Assembly: GCF_009914755.1 (NCBI RefSeq)
Contig: NC_060930.1
DNA length: 64,000 nucleotides
Direction: 5' to 3' (one strand)
Source: the human T2T-CHM13v2.0 reference genome, Homo sapiens
The translations under genes and the position numbers were made by a program. Numbering within the stretch: the stretch's first letter is position 1; every line of letters begins with the position of its first letter. Below are positions 40,201-54,032 of this stretch, piece after piece. A model generated the notes under the pieces. It was not told where the DNA came from. It searched no databases and worked only from the letters and a program-made list of their open reading frames with translations.

Positions 40201-43200
40201 GGGATATTTATAGCGCATTGAGCCTACGGCGGAAAAAGAAACATCTTCCTATAAAAACTAGACAGAATACTTCTCAGAATCTGCTTTGCGATGTGTGCGT
40301 TCAACTCACAGAGTAAAACTTTTCTTTTGATAGAGCAGTTTTGAAACACTCTTTTTGTAGTATTTGCATGTGTATATTTAGAGCGCATTGAAGCCCACAG
40401 TAGAAAAGGAAATAACTTCACCTAAAACCTAGACAGAAGCAATCACAGAAACTACTTTGTGATGTGTACATTCAACTCACAGAGTGGAACTTTCCTCTTT
40501 ATAGAGCAGTGTTGAAACACTCTTTTTGTAGAAACTGCAAGTGGATATTTGGACCTCTTTGAGGCCTTCGTTGGAAACGGGATTTCTTCCTATAACCCTA
40601 GACAGAAGAATTTTCAGAAACCTCATTGTGATGTGTGCGTTCATCTCACAGAGTGGAGTCTTCCGTTTGATAGAGAAGTTTTGAAACCCTGTTCTTGTAG
40701 GATTTCCAAGTGGATATTTAGACCACTTTGAAGCCTATGATAGAAAAGGAAACATCTTCATGGAAAACATAGATAGAATCATCCTCAGAAACAACTTTGT
40801 GATGTGTGCGTTGAACTCACCGTCTTTAACCTTTCTTTTGGTAGAGAAGTTTTGAAACACTCTCTTTGTAAAGTCTACAAGTGGATATTTTGAGCCCTTG
40901 GAGGCATTCTTTGGAAAAGGGAATGTCTTCACATAAAAGGCAGACGGAAGTGTTCTCAGAAACTGCTTTGTGATGTCTGTGTTCAACTCACAGAGTTTAA
41001 CATTTCCTTTGATAGAGCGGTTTAGTAACCCTCTCTTTGTAGAATTTGGAAGTGTATACTAAGAGCGCTTTGAGGCCTATGGTAGAAAAGGAAATATCTT
41101 TCCATAAAAGCTAGACAGAAGCAATCTCAGAAACTCCTCTGTGATGTCTGCATTCAACTCACCGAGTGGAACATTCCTCTTGAGAGAGCAGTTTGGAAAC
41201 ACTCTTTCTGTAGAATCAGCTTGTTTGTATTTGGACCTCCTTGAGGCCTTCGTTGGAAACGGGTTTTCATCTTATAAACCCAGACAGAAGAATTCTCAGA
41301 GTCTTCTTTGTGATGTGTGCTTTCAACTCACCGAGATAAAGATTTCTCTTGATAGAGCAATTTGGAAACACTCTTTTTGTAGAATTTGCAAGGGTACATT
41401 GAGAGCGCTTTCAGGCCTATGGTAGAAAAGGGAATATCTTTCCATAAAAGGTAGACAGAAGCAATCTCAGAAACTACTTTGTGATGTGTGCATTCAACTC
41501 ACCGAGTGCAACGTTCCTCTTGACCGAGCAGTTTGGAAACATTGTTTCTGTAGAATCTGCAAGTGGATATTTGGACCTCTTTGAGGCCTTCGTTGGAAAC
41601 GGGATTTCTTCCTATAAACCCAGACAGAAGAATTCTCAGAGACTTCTTTGTGATGTGTGAATTCAACTCACAGTGTGGATCCTTCCTTTTGATAGAGCAG
41701 TTTTGAAACCCTGTTTTTGTAGTATTTCCAAGCGGATATTTGGAACGCCTTGAAGCGTATGGTAGAAAAGGAAATATCTTCCCATAAAACCTAGACAGAA
41801 CCAATCTCAGAAACGACTTTGTGATGTCTGCATTCAAGTCACAGAGTTGAACATTTCTCTTGATAGAGCAGTTTTGAAACCCTCTTTCTGAAGGATCTGC
41901 AAGTGGATATTTGGAACTCCTTTGGGTCTTCGTTGGAAACGGGATTTCTTCGTATAAATCTAGACAGAAGAATTCTCCGAAACTTCTTTGGTTGTGTGCA
42001 TTCAAGTCACAGAGTGGAACCTTCCTTTGGATAGAGCAGTTTGAAACGCCGTGGTTGTAGTATTTCCAAGCGGATATTAGAGCGCCTTGAGGCCTATGGT
42101 AGAAAAGGAAATATCTTCCCATAAAACCTAGACGGAAGCAATCTCAGAAACTACTGTGTGATGGCTGCATTCCACACACACGGTGGAACATTTCTCTTGA
42201 TAGAGCAGTTTTGAAACACTCTTTCTGTAGAATCTGCAAGTGGATAATTGGACCGCCTTGAGGCCTTCGTTGGAAACGGGATTTCTTCATGTTACTCTAG
42301 ATAGAAGAATTCTCAAACACTGCTATGTGATGTTTGCATTCAAGTCACAGAGTGCAACATTCCTCTTGGTAGAGCAGTTGGGAAACACTCCTTTTGTAGA
42401 ATCTGCAATGGGATATTTGGACTTCTTTGAGGCCTTCGTTGGAAACGGGATTTCTTCGTATGAATCTAGACAGAAGAATTCTCAGAAACTTCCTTGTGAT
42501 GTGTGCATTCAACTCAGCGAGTGGCACCTTCCTTTGGATACAGCAGTTTTGAAACACTGTTTTTGTAGTATTTCCAAGCGGATATTTAGAGCGCCTTGAA
42601 GCCTATGCTAGAAATGGAAATATCTCCCCATAAAACCAAGACGGAAGCAATCTCAGAAACTAATGTGTGATGGCTGCATTCCACACACACGGTGGACCAT
42701 TTCTCTTGATAGAGCAGTTTTGAAACACTCTTTCTGTAGAATCTGCAAGTGGATAATTGGACCTCCTAGAGGCCTTCGTTGGAAATGGGATTTCTTCATC
42801 TAAACCTACAGAGAAGAATTCTCAGTAACTTCTTCGGATGTGTGCATTCGACGCACAGAATGGAACATTCCCTTTGATAGAGCAGTTTTGAGACACCGTT
42901 TTTGTAGAATTCCCAAGTGGATATTTAGAGCACTTTGAAGTCTCTGCTAGAAAAGGAAACATCTTCATGTAAAAAGTAGATAGAATCGTTCTCAGAAAGT
43001 GCTTAGTGACGTGTGCGTTCAACTCACAGAGTTTAACGTTTCTTTTGATAGAGCGTTTCTGAAACACCCTTCTTGTAGTAGCTGCAAGTGGATATTTGGA
43101 CCTATTGGAGGCCTTCTTTGGAAATGGGATTTCTTCATGTAACTCTAGATTGAAGAGTTCTCAGAAACTCCTTTGTGATGTGTGCATTCAATTCAAAGAG

Positions 43201-46200
43201 TGAAACCTCCCTTTTCACAGAGCAGTTTTGAAACACTGTTTTTGTAGGATTTCCAAGGGGATATTTATAGCGCATTGAGCCTACGGCGGAAAAAGAAACA
43301 TCTTCCTATAAAAACTAGACAGAATACTTCTCAGAATCTGCTTTGCGATGTGTGCGTTCAACTCACAGAGTAAAACTTTTCTTTTGATAGAGCAGTTTTG
43401 AAACACTCTTTTTGTAGTATTTGCATGTGTATATTTAGAGCGCATTGAAGCCCACAGTAGAAAAGGAAATAACTTCACCTAAAACCTAGACAGAAGCAAT
43501 CTCAGAAACTACTTTGTGATGTGTACATTCAACTCACAGAGTGGAACTTTCCTCTTTATAGAGCAGTGTTGAAACACTCTTTTTGTAGAAACTGCAAGTG
43601 GATATTTGGACCTCTTTGAGGCCTTCGTTGGAAACGGGATTTCTTCCTATAACCCTAGACAGAAGAATTTTCAGAAACCTCATTGTGATGTGTGCGTTCA
43701 TCTCACAGAGTGGAGTCTTCCGTTTGATAGAGAAGTTTTGAAACCCTGTTCTTGTAGGATTTCCAAGTGGATATTTAGACCACTTTGAAGCCTATGATAG
43801 AAAAGGAAACATCTTCATGGAAAACATAGATAGAATCATTCTCAGAAACAACTTTGTGATGTGTGCGTTGAACTCACCGTCTTTAACCTTTCTTTTGGTA
43901 GAGAAGTTTTGAAACACTCTCTTTGTAAAGTCTACAAGTGGATATTTTGAGCCCTTGGAGGCATTCTTTGGAAAAGGGAATGTCTTCACATAAAAGGCAG
44001 ACGGAAGTGTTCTCAGAAACTGCTTTGTGATGTCTGTGTTCAACTCACAGAGTTTAACATTTCCTTTGATAGAGCGGTTTAGTAACCCTCTCTTTGTAGA
44101 ATTTGGAAGTGTATACTAAGAGCGCTTTGAGGCCTATGGTAGAAAAGGAAATATCTTTCCATAAAAGCTAGACAGAAGCAATCTCAGAAACTCCTTTGTG
44201 ATGTCTGCATTCAACTCACCGAGTGGAACATTCCTCTTGATAGAGCAGTTTGGAAACACTCTTTCTGTAGAATCAGCTTGTTTGTATTTGGACCTCCTTG
44301 AGGCCTTCGTTGGAAACGGGTTTTCATCTTATAAACCCAGACAGAAGAATTCTCAGAGTCTTCTTTGTGATGTGTGCTTTCAACTCACCGAGATAAAGAT
44401 TTCTCTTGATAGAGCAATTTGGAAACACTCTTTTTGTAGAATTTGCAAGGGTACATTGAGAGCGCTTTCAGGCCTATGGTAGAAAAGGGAATATCTTTCC
44501 ATAAAAGGTAGACAGAAGCAATCTCAGAAACTACTTTGTGATGTGTGCATTCAACTCACCGAGTGCAACGTTCCTCTTGACCGAGCAGTTTGGAAACATT
44601 GTTTCTGTAGAATCTGCAAGTGGATATTTGGACCTCTTTGAGGCCTTCGTTGGAAACGGGATTTCTTCCTATAAACCCAGACAGAAGAATTCTCAGAGAC
44701 TTCTTTGTGATGTGTGAATTCAACTCACAGTGTGGATCCTTCCTTTTGATAGAGCAGTTTTGAAACCCTGTTTTTGTAGTATTTCCAAGCGGATATTTGG
44801 AACGCCTTGAAGCGTATGGTAGAAAAGGAAATATCTTCCCATAAAACCTAGACAGAACCAATCTCAGAAACGACTTTGTGATGTCTGCATTCAACTCACA
44901 GAGTTGAACATTTCTCTTGATAGAGCAGTTTTGAAACCCTCTTTCTGAAAGATCTGCAAGTGGATATTTGGAACTCCTTTGGGTCTTCGTTGGAAACGGG
45001 ATTTCTTCGTATAAATCTAGACAGAAGAATTCTCAGAAACTTCCTTGTGATGTGTGCATTCAACTCAGCGAGTGGCACCTTCCTTTGGATACAGCAGTTT
45101 TGAAACACTGTTTTTGTAGTATTTCCAAGCGGATATTTAGAGCGCCTTGAAGCCTATGCTAGAAATGGAAATATCTCCCCATAAAACCAAGACAGAAGCA
45201 ATCTCAGAAACTAATGTGTGATGGCTGCATTCCACACACACGGTGGACCATTTCTCTTGATAGAGCAGTTTTGAAACACTCTTTCTGTAGAATCTGCAAG
45301 TGGATAATTGGACCTCCGAGAGGCCTTCGTTGGAAACGGGATTTCTTCATCTAAACCTACAGAGAAGTATTCTCAGTAACTTCTTCGGATGTGTGCATTC
45401 GACGCACAGAATGGAACATTCCCTTTGATAGAGCAGTTTTGAGACACCGTTTTTGTAGAATTCCCAAGTGGATATTTAGAGCACTTTGAAGTCTCTGCTA
45501 GAAAAGGAAACATCTTCATGTAAAAAGTAGATAGAATCGTTCTCAGAAAGTGCTTAGTGTCGTGTGCGTTCAACTCACAGAGTTTAACGTTTCTTTTGAT
45601 AGAGCGTTTCTGAAACACCCTTCTTGTAGTAGCTGCAAGTGGATATTTGGACCTATTGGAGGCCTTCTTTGGAAATGGGATTTCTTCATGTAACTCTAGA
45701 TTGAAGAATTCTCAGAAACTCCTTTGTGATGTGTGCATTCAATTCAAAGAGTGAAACCTCTCTTTTCACAGAGCAGTTTTGAAACACTGTTTTTGTAGGA
45801 TTTCCAAGGGGATATTTATAGCGCATTGAGCCTACGGCGGAAAAAGAAACATCTTCCTATAAAAACTAGACAGAATACTTCTCAGAATCTGCTTTGCGAT
45901 GTGTGCGTTCAACTCACAGAGTAAAACTTTTCTTTTGATAGAGCAGTTTTGAAACACTCTTTTTGTAGTATTTGCATGTGTATATTTAGAGCGCATTGAA
46001 GCCCACAGTAGAAAAGGAAATAACTTCACCTAAAACCTAGACAGAAGCAATCTCAGAAACTACTTTGTGATGTGTACATTCAACTCACAGAGTGGAACTT
46101 TCCTCTTTATAGAGCAGTGTTGAAACACTCTTTTTGTAGAAACTGCAAGTGGATATTTGGACCTCTTTGAGGCCTTCGTTGGAAACGGGATTTCTTCCTA

Positions 46201-48427
46201 TAACCCTAGACAGAAGAATTTTCAGAAACCTCATTGTGATGTGTGCGTTCATCTCACAGAGTGGAGTCTTCCGTTTGATAGAGAAGTTTTGAAACCCTGT
46301 TCTTGTAGGATTTCCAAGTGGATATTTAGACCACTTTGAAGCCTATGATAGAAAAGGAAACATCTTCATGGAAAACATAGATAGAATCATCCTCAGAAAC
46401 AACTTTGTGATGTGTGCGTTGAACTCACCGTCTTTAACCTTTCTTTTGGTAGAGAAGTTTTGAAACACTCTCTTTGTAAAGTCTACAAGTGGATATTTTG
46501 AGCCCTTGGAGGCATTCTTTGGAAAAGGGAATGTCTTCACATAAAAGGCAGACGGAAGTGTTCTCAGAAACTGCTTTGTGATGTCTGTGTTCAACTCACA
46601 GAGTTTAACATTTCCTTTGATAGAGCGGTTTAGTAACCCTCTCTTTGTAGAATTTGGAAGTGTATACTAAGAGCGCTTTGAGGCCTATGGTAGAAAAGGA
46701 AATATCTTTCCATAAAAGCTAGACAGAAGCAATCTCGGAAACTCCTTTGTGATGTCTGCATTCAACTCACCGAGTGGAACATTCCTCTTGAGAGAGCAGT
46801 TTGGAAACACTCTTTCTGTAGAATCAGCTTGTTTGTATTTGGACCTCCTTGAGGCCTTCGTTGGAAACGGGTTTTCATCTTATAAACCCAGACAGAAGAA
46901 TTCTCAGAGTCTTCTTTGTGATGTGTGCTTTCAACTCACCGAGATAAAGATTTCTCTTGATAGAGCAATTTGGAAACACTCTTTTTGTAGAATTTGCAAG
47001 GGTACATTGAGAGCGCTTTCAGGCCTATGGTAGAAAAGGGAATATCTTTCCATAAAAGGTAGACAGAAGCAATCTCAGAAACTACTTTGTGATGTGTGCA
47101 TTCAACTCACCGAGTGCAACGTTCCTCTTGACCGAGCAGTTTGGAAACATTGTTTCTGTAGAATCTGCAAGTGGATATTTGGACCTCTTTGAGGCCTTCG
47201 TTGGAAACGGGATTTCTTCCTATAAACCCAGACAGAAGAATTCTCAGAGACTTCTTTGTGATGTGTGAATTCAACTCACAGTGTGGATCCTTCCTTTTGA
47301 TAGAGCAGTTTTGAAACCCTGTTTTTGTAGTATTTCCAAGCGGATATTTGGAACGCCTTGAAGCGTATGGTAGAAAAGGAAATATCTTCCCATAAAACCT
47401 AGACAGAACCAATCTCAGAAACGACTTTGTGATGTCTGCATTCAACTCACAGAGTTGAACATTTCTCTTGATAGAGCAGTTTTGAAACCCTCTTTCTGAA
47501 GGATCTGCAAGTGGATATTTGGAACTCCTTTGGGTCTTCGTTGGAAACGGGATTTCTTCGTATAAATCTAGACAGAAGAATTCTCCGAAACTTCTTTGGT
47601 TGTGTGCATTCAAGTCACAGAGTGGAACCTTCCTTTGGATAGAGCAGTTTGAAACGCCGTGGTTGTAGTATTTCCAAGCGGATATTAGAGCGCCTTGAGG
47701 CCTATGGTAGAAAAGGAAATATCTTCCCATAAAACCTAGACGGAAGCAATCTCAGAAACTACTGTGTGATGGCTGCATTCCACACACACGGTGGAACATT
47801 TCTCTTGATAGAGCAGTTTTGAAACACTCTTTCTGTAGAATCTGCAAGTGGATAATTGGACCGCCTTGAGGCCTTCGTTGGAAACGGGATTTCTTCATGT
47901 TACTCTAGATAGAAGAATTCTCAAACACTGCTATGTGATGTTTGCATTCAAGTCACAGAGTGCAACATTCCTCTTGGTAGAGCAGTTGGGAAACACTCCT
48001 TTTGTAGAATCTGCAATGGGATATTTGGACTTCTTTGAGGCCTTCGTTGGAAACGGGATTTCTTCGTATGAATCTAGACAGAAGAATTCTCAGAAACTTC
48101 CTTGTGATGTGTGCATTCAACTCAGCGAGTGGCACCTTCCTTTGGATACAGCAGTTTTGAAACACTGTTTTTGTAGTATTTCCAAGCGGATATTTAGAGC
48201 GCCTTGAAGCCTATGCTAGAAATGGAAATATCTCCCCATAAAACCAAGACAGAAGCAATCTCAGAAACTAATGTGTGATGGCTGCATTCCACACACACGG
48301 TGGACCATTTCTCTTGATAGAGCAGTTTTGAAACACTCTTTCTGTAGAATCTGCAAGTGGATAATTGGACCTCCGAGAGGCCTTCGTTGGAAACGGGATT
48401 TCTTCATCTAAACCTACAGAGAAGAAT
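37212..48427 (+). repeat. HOR units 14-17: S (37212-39762), L (39763-42819), S (42820-45370), L (45371-48427)
   Basis: Unit-start spacings 2551, 3057, 2551, 3057. Confidence 0.95.
42774..42790 (+). other. Mutated CENP-B box in m18 of unit 15
   Basis: CTTCGTTGGAAATGGGA, with C>T at 42786 in the second essential CpG. Confidence 0.9.
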
Positions 48428-50975
48428 TCTCAGTAACTTCTTCGGATGTGTGCATTCGACGCACAGAATGGAACATTCCCTTTGATAGAGCAGTTTTGAG
48501 ACACCGTTTTTGTAGAATTCCCAAGTGGATATTTAGAGCACTTTGAAGTCTCTGCTAGAAAAGGAAACATCTTCATGTAAAAAGTAGATAGAATCGTTCT
48601 CAGAAAGTGCTTAATGACGTGTGCGTTCAACTCACAGAGTTTAACGTTTCTTTTGATAGAGCGTTTCTGAAACACCCTTCTTGTAGTAGCTGCAAGTGGA
48701 TATTTGGACCTATTGGAGGCCTTCTTTGGAAATGGGATTTCTTCATGTAACTCTAGATTGAAGAGTTCTCAGAAACTCCTTTGTGATGTGTGCATTCAAT
48801 TCAAAGAGTGAAACCTCCCTTTTCACAGAGCAGTTTTGAAACACTGTTTTTGTAGGATTTCCAAGGGGATATTTATAGCGCATTGAGCCTACGGCGGAAA
48901 AAGAAACATCTTCCTATAAAAACTAGACAGAATACTTCTCAGAATCTGCTTTGCGATGTGTGCGTTCAACTCACAGAGTAAAACTTTTCTTTTGATAGAG
49001 CAGTTTTGAAACACTCTTTTTGTAGTATTTGCATGTGTATATTTAGAGCGCATTGAAGCCCACAGTAGAAAAGGAAATAACTTCACCTAAAACCTAGACA
49101 GAAGCAATCTCAGAAACTACTTTGTGATGTGTACATTCAACTCACAGAGTGGAACTTTCCTCTTTATAGAGCAGTGTTGAAACACTCTTTTTGTAGAAAC
49201 TGCAAGTGGATATTTGGACCTCTTTGAGGCCTTCGTTGGAAACGGGATTTCTTCCTATAACCCTAGACAGAAGAATTTTCAGAAACCTCATTGTGATGTG
49301 TGCGTTCATCTCACAGAGTGGAGTCTTCCGTTTGATAGAGAAGTTTTGAAACCCTGTTCTTGTAGGATTTCCAAGTGGATATTTAGACCACTTTGAAGCC
49401 TATGATAGAAAAGGAAACATCTTCATGGAAAACATAGATAGAATCATCCTCAGAAACAACTTTGTGATGTGTGCGTTGAACTCACCGTCTTTAACCTTTC
49501 TTTTGGTAGAGAAGTTTTGAAACACTCTCTTTGTAAAGTCTACAAGTGGATATTTTGAGCCCTTGGAGGCATTCTTTGGAAAAGGGAATGTCTTCACATA
49601 AAAGGCAGACGGAAGTGTTCTCAGAAACTGCTTTGTGATGTCTGTGTTCAACTCACAGAGTTTAACATTTCCTTTGATAGAGCGGTTTAGTAACCCTCTC
49701 TTTGTAGAATTTGGAAGTGTATACTAAGAGCGCTTTGAGGCCTATGGTAGAAAAGGAAATATCTTTCCATAAAAGCTAGACAGAAGCAATCTCAGAAACT
49801 CCTCTGTGATGTCTGCATTCAACTCACCGAGTGGAACATTCCTCTTGAGAGAGCAGTTTGGAAACACTCTTTCTGTAGAATCAGCTTGTTTGTATTTGGA
49901 CCTCCTTGAGGCCTTCGTTGGAAACGGGTTTTCATCTTATAAACCCAGACAGAAGAATTCTCAGAGTCTTCTTTGTGATGTGTGCTTTCAACTCACCGAG
50001 ATAAAGATTTCTCTTGATAGAGCAATTTGGAAACACTCTTTTTGTAGAATTTGCAAGGGTACATTGAGAGCGCTTTCAGGCCTATGGTAGAAAAGGGAAT
50101 ATCTTTCCATAAAAGGTAGACAGAAGCAATCTCAGAAACTACTTTGTGATGTGTGCATTCAACTCACCGAGTGCAACGTTCCTCTTGACCGAGCAGTTTG
50201 GAAACATTGTTTCTGTAGAATCTGCAAGTGGATATTTGGACCTCTTTGAGGCCTTCGTTGGAAACGGGATTTCTTCTTATAAACCCAGACAGAAGAATTC
50301 TCAGAGACTTCTTTGTGATGTGTGAATTCAACTCACAGTGTGGATCCTTCCTTTTGATAGAGCAGTTTTGAAACCCTGTTTTTGTAGTATTTCCAAGCGG
50401 ATATTCGGAACGCCTTGAAGCGTATGGTAGAAAAGGAAATATCTTCCCATAAAACCTAGACAGAACCAATCTCAGAAACGACTTTGTGATGTCTGCATTC
50501 AACTCACAGAGTTGAACATTTCTCTTGATAGAGCAGTTTTGAAACCCTCTTTCTGAAGGATCTGCAAGTGGATATTTGGAACTCCTTTGGGTCTTCGTTG
50601 GAAACGGGATTTCTTCGTATAAATCTAGACAGAAGAATTCTCCGAAACTTCTTTGGTTGTGTGCATTCAAGTCACAGAGTGGAACCTTCCTTTGGATAGA
50701 GCAGTTTGAAACGCCGTGGTTGTAGTATTTCCAAGCGGATATTAGAGCGCCTTGAGGCCTATGGTAGAAAAGGAAATATCTTCCCATAAAACCTAGACGG
50801 AAGCAATCTCAGAAACTACTGTGTGATGGCTGCATTCCACACACACGGTGGACCATTTCTCTTGATAGAGCAGTTTTGAAACACTCTTTCTGTAGAATCT
50901 GCAAGTGGATAATTGGACCTCCTAGAGGCCTTCGTTGGAAACGGGATTTCTTCATCTAAACCTACAGAGAAGTAT
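48428..50975 (+). repeat. HOR unit 18: rare 15-mer variant S* (2548 bp) that keeps m14 and ends in a hybrid m15/m18 monomer
   Basis: m14 present at 50639-50806. The monomer at 50807-50975 starts like m15 (AACTACTGTG) and continues like m18 (GGTGGACCAT, CATCTAAACCTACAG). The unit is 509 bp shorter than L. Confidence 0.93.
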
Positions 50976-53900
50976 TCTCAGTAACTTCTTCGGATGTGTG
51001 CATTCGACGCACAGAATGGAACATTCCCTTTGATAGAGCAGTTTTGAGACACCGTTTTTGTAGAATTCCCAAGTGGATATTTAGAGCACTTTGAAGTCTC
51101 TGCTAGAAAAGGAAACATCTTCATGTAAAAAGTAGATAGAATCGTTCTCAGAAAGTGCTTAGTGTCGTGTGCGTTCAACTCACAGAGTTTAACGTTTCTT
51201 TTGATAGAGCGTTTCTGAAACACCCTTCTTGTAGTAGCTGCAAGTGGATATTTGGACCTATTGGAGGCCTTCTTTGGAAATGGGATTTCTTCATGTAACT
51301 CTAGATTGAAGAATTCTCAGAAACTCCTTTGTGATGTGTGCATTCAATTCAAAGAGTGAAACCTCTCTTTTCACAGAGCAGTTTTGAAACACTGTTTTTG
51401 TAGGATTTCCAAGGGGATATTTATAGCGCATTGAGCCTACGGCGGAAAAAGAAACATCTTCCTATAAAAACTAGACAGAATACTTCTCAGAATCTGCTTT
51501 GCGATGTGTGCGTTCAACTCACAGAGTAAAACTTTTCTTTTGATAGAGCAGTTTTGAAACACTCTTTTTGTAGTATTTGCATGTGTATATTTAGAGCGCA
51601 TTGAAGCCCACAGTAGAAAAGGAAATAACTTCACCTAAAACCTAGACAGAAGCAATCACAGAAACTACTTTGTGATGTGTACATTCAACTCACAGAGTGG
51701 AACTTTCCTCTTTATAGAGCAGTGTTGAAACACTCTTTTTGTAGAAACTGCAAGTGGATATTTGGACCTCTTTGAGGCCTTCGTTGGAAACGGGATTTCT
51801 TCCTATAACCCTAGACAGAAGAATTTTCAGAAACCTCATTGTGATGTGTGCGTTCATCTCACAGAGTGGAGTCTTCCGTTTGATAGAGAAGTTTTGAAAC
51901 CCTGTTCTTGTAGGATTTCCAAGTGGATATTTAGACCACTTTGAAGCCTATGATAGAAAAGGAAACATCTTCATGGAAAACATAGATAGAATCATCCTCA
52001 GAAACAACTTTGTGATGTGTGCGTTGAACTCACCGTCTTTAACCTTTCTTTTGGTAGAGAAGTTTTGAAACACTCTCTTTGTAAAGTCTACAAGTGGATA
52101 TTTTGAGCCCTTGGAGGCATTCTTTGGAAAAGGGAATGTCTTCACATAAAAGGCAGACGGAAGTGTTCTCAGAAACTGCTTTGTGATGTCTGTGTTCAAC
52201 TCACAGAGTTTAACATTTCCTTTGATAGAGCGGTTTAGTAACCCTCTCTTTGTAGAATTTGGAAGTGTATACTAAGAGCGCTTTGAGGCCTATGGTAGAA
52301 AAGGAAATATCTTTCCATAAAAGCTAGACAGAAGCAATCTCAGAAACTCCTCTGTGATGTCTGCATTCAACTCACCGAGTGGAACATTCCTCTTGAGAGA
52401 GCAGTTTGGAAACACTCTTTCTGTAGAATCAGCTTGTTTGTATTTGGACCTCCTTGAGGCCTTCGTTGGAAACGGGTTTTCATCTTATAAACCCAGACAG
52501 AAGAATTCTCAGAGTCTTCTTTGTGATGTGTGCTTTCAACTCACCGAGATAAAGATTTCTCTTGATAGAGCAATTTGGAAACACTCTTTTTGTAGAATTT
52601 GCAAGGGTACATTGAGAGCGCTTTCAGGCCTATGGTAGAAAAGGGAATATCTTTCCATAAAAGGTAGACAGAAGCAATCTCAGAAACTACTTTGTGATGT
52701 GTGCATTCAACTCACCGAGTGCAACGTTCCTCTTGACCGAGCAGTTTGGAAACATTGTTTCTGTAGAATCTGCAAGTGGATATTTGGACCTCTTTGAGGC
52801 CTTCGTTGGAAACGGGATTTCTTCCTATAAACCCAGACAGAAGAATTCTCAGAGACTTCTTTGTGATGTGTGAATTCAACTCACAGTGTGGATCCTTCCT
52901 TTTGATAGAGCAGTTTTGAAACCCTGTTTTTGTAGTATTTCCAAGCGGATATTCGGAACGCCTTGAAGCGTATGGTAGAAAAGGAAATATCTTCCCATAA
53001 AACCTAGACAGAACCAATCTCAGAAACGACTTTGTGATGTCTGCATTCAAGTCACAGAGTTGAACATTTCTCTTGATAGAGCAGTTTTGAAACCCTCTTT
53101 CTGAAGGATCTGCAAGTGGATATTTGGAACTCCTTTGGGTCTTCGTTGGAAACGGGATTTCTTCGTATAAATCTAGACAGAAGAATTCTCCGAAACTTCT
53201 TTGGTTGTGTGCATTCAAGTCACAGAGTGGAACCTTCCTTTGGATAGAGCAGTTTGAAACGCCGTGGTTGTAGTATTTCCAAGCGGATATTAGAGCGCCT
53301 TGAGGCCTATGGTAGAAAAGGAAATATCTTCCCATAAAACCTAGACGGAAGCAATCTCAGAAACTACTGTGTGATGGCTGCATTCCACACACACGGTGGA
53401 ACATTTCTCTTGATAGAGCAGTTTTGAAACACTCTTTCTGTAGAATCTGCAAGTGGATAATTGGACCGCCTTGAGGCCTTCGTTGGAAACGGGATTTCTT
53501 CATGTTACTCTAGATAGAAGAATTCTCAAACACTGCTATGTGATGTTTGCATTCAAGTCACAGAGTGCAACATTCCTCTTGGTAGAGCAGTTGGGAAACA
53601 CTCCTTTTGTAGAATCTGCAATGGGATATTTGGACTTCTTTGAGGCCTTCGTTGGAAACGGGATTTCTTCGTATGAATCTAGACAGAAGAATTCTCAGAA
53701 ACTTCCTTGTGATGTGTGCATTCAACTCAGCGAGTGGCACCTTCCTTTGGATACAGCAGTTTTGAAACACTGTTTTTGTAGTATTTCCAAGCGGATATTT
53801 AGAGCGCCTTGAAGCCTATGCTAGAAATGGAAATATCTCCCCATAAAACCAAGACGGAAGCAATCTCAGAAACTAATGTGTGATGGCTGCATTCCACACA

Positions 53901-54032
53901 CACGGTGGACCATTTCTCTTGATAGAGCAGTTTTGAAACACTCTTTCTGTAGAATCTGCAAGTGGATAATTGGACCTCCTAGAGGCCTTCGTTGGAAACG
54001 GGATTTCTTCATCTAAACCTACAGAGAAGAAT
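50976..54032 (+). repeat. HOR unit 19: 18-mer L
   Basis: 3057 bp spacing. Confidence 0.95.
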
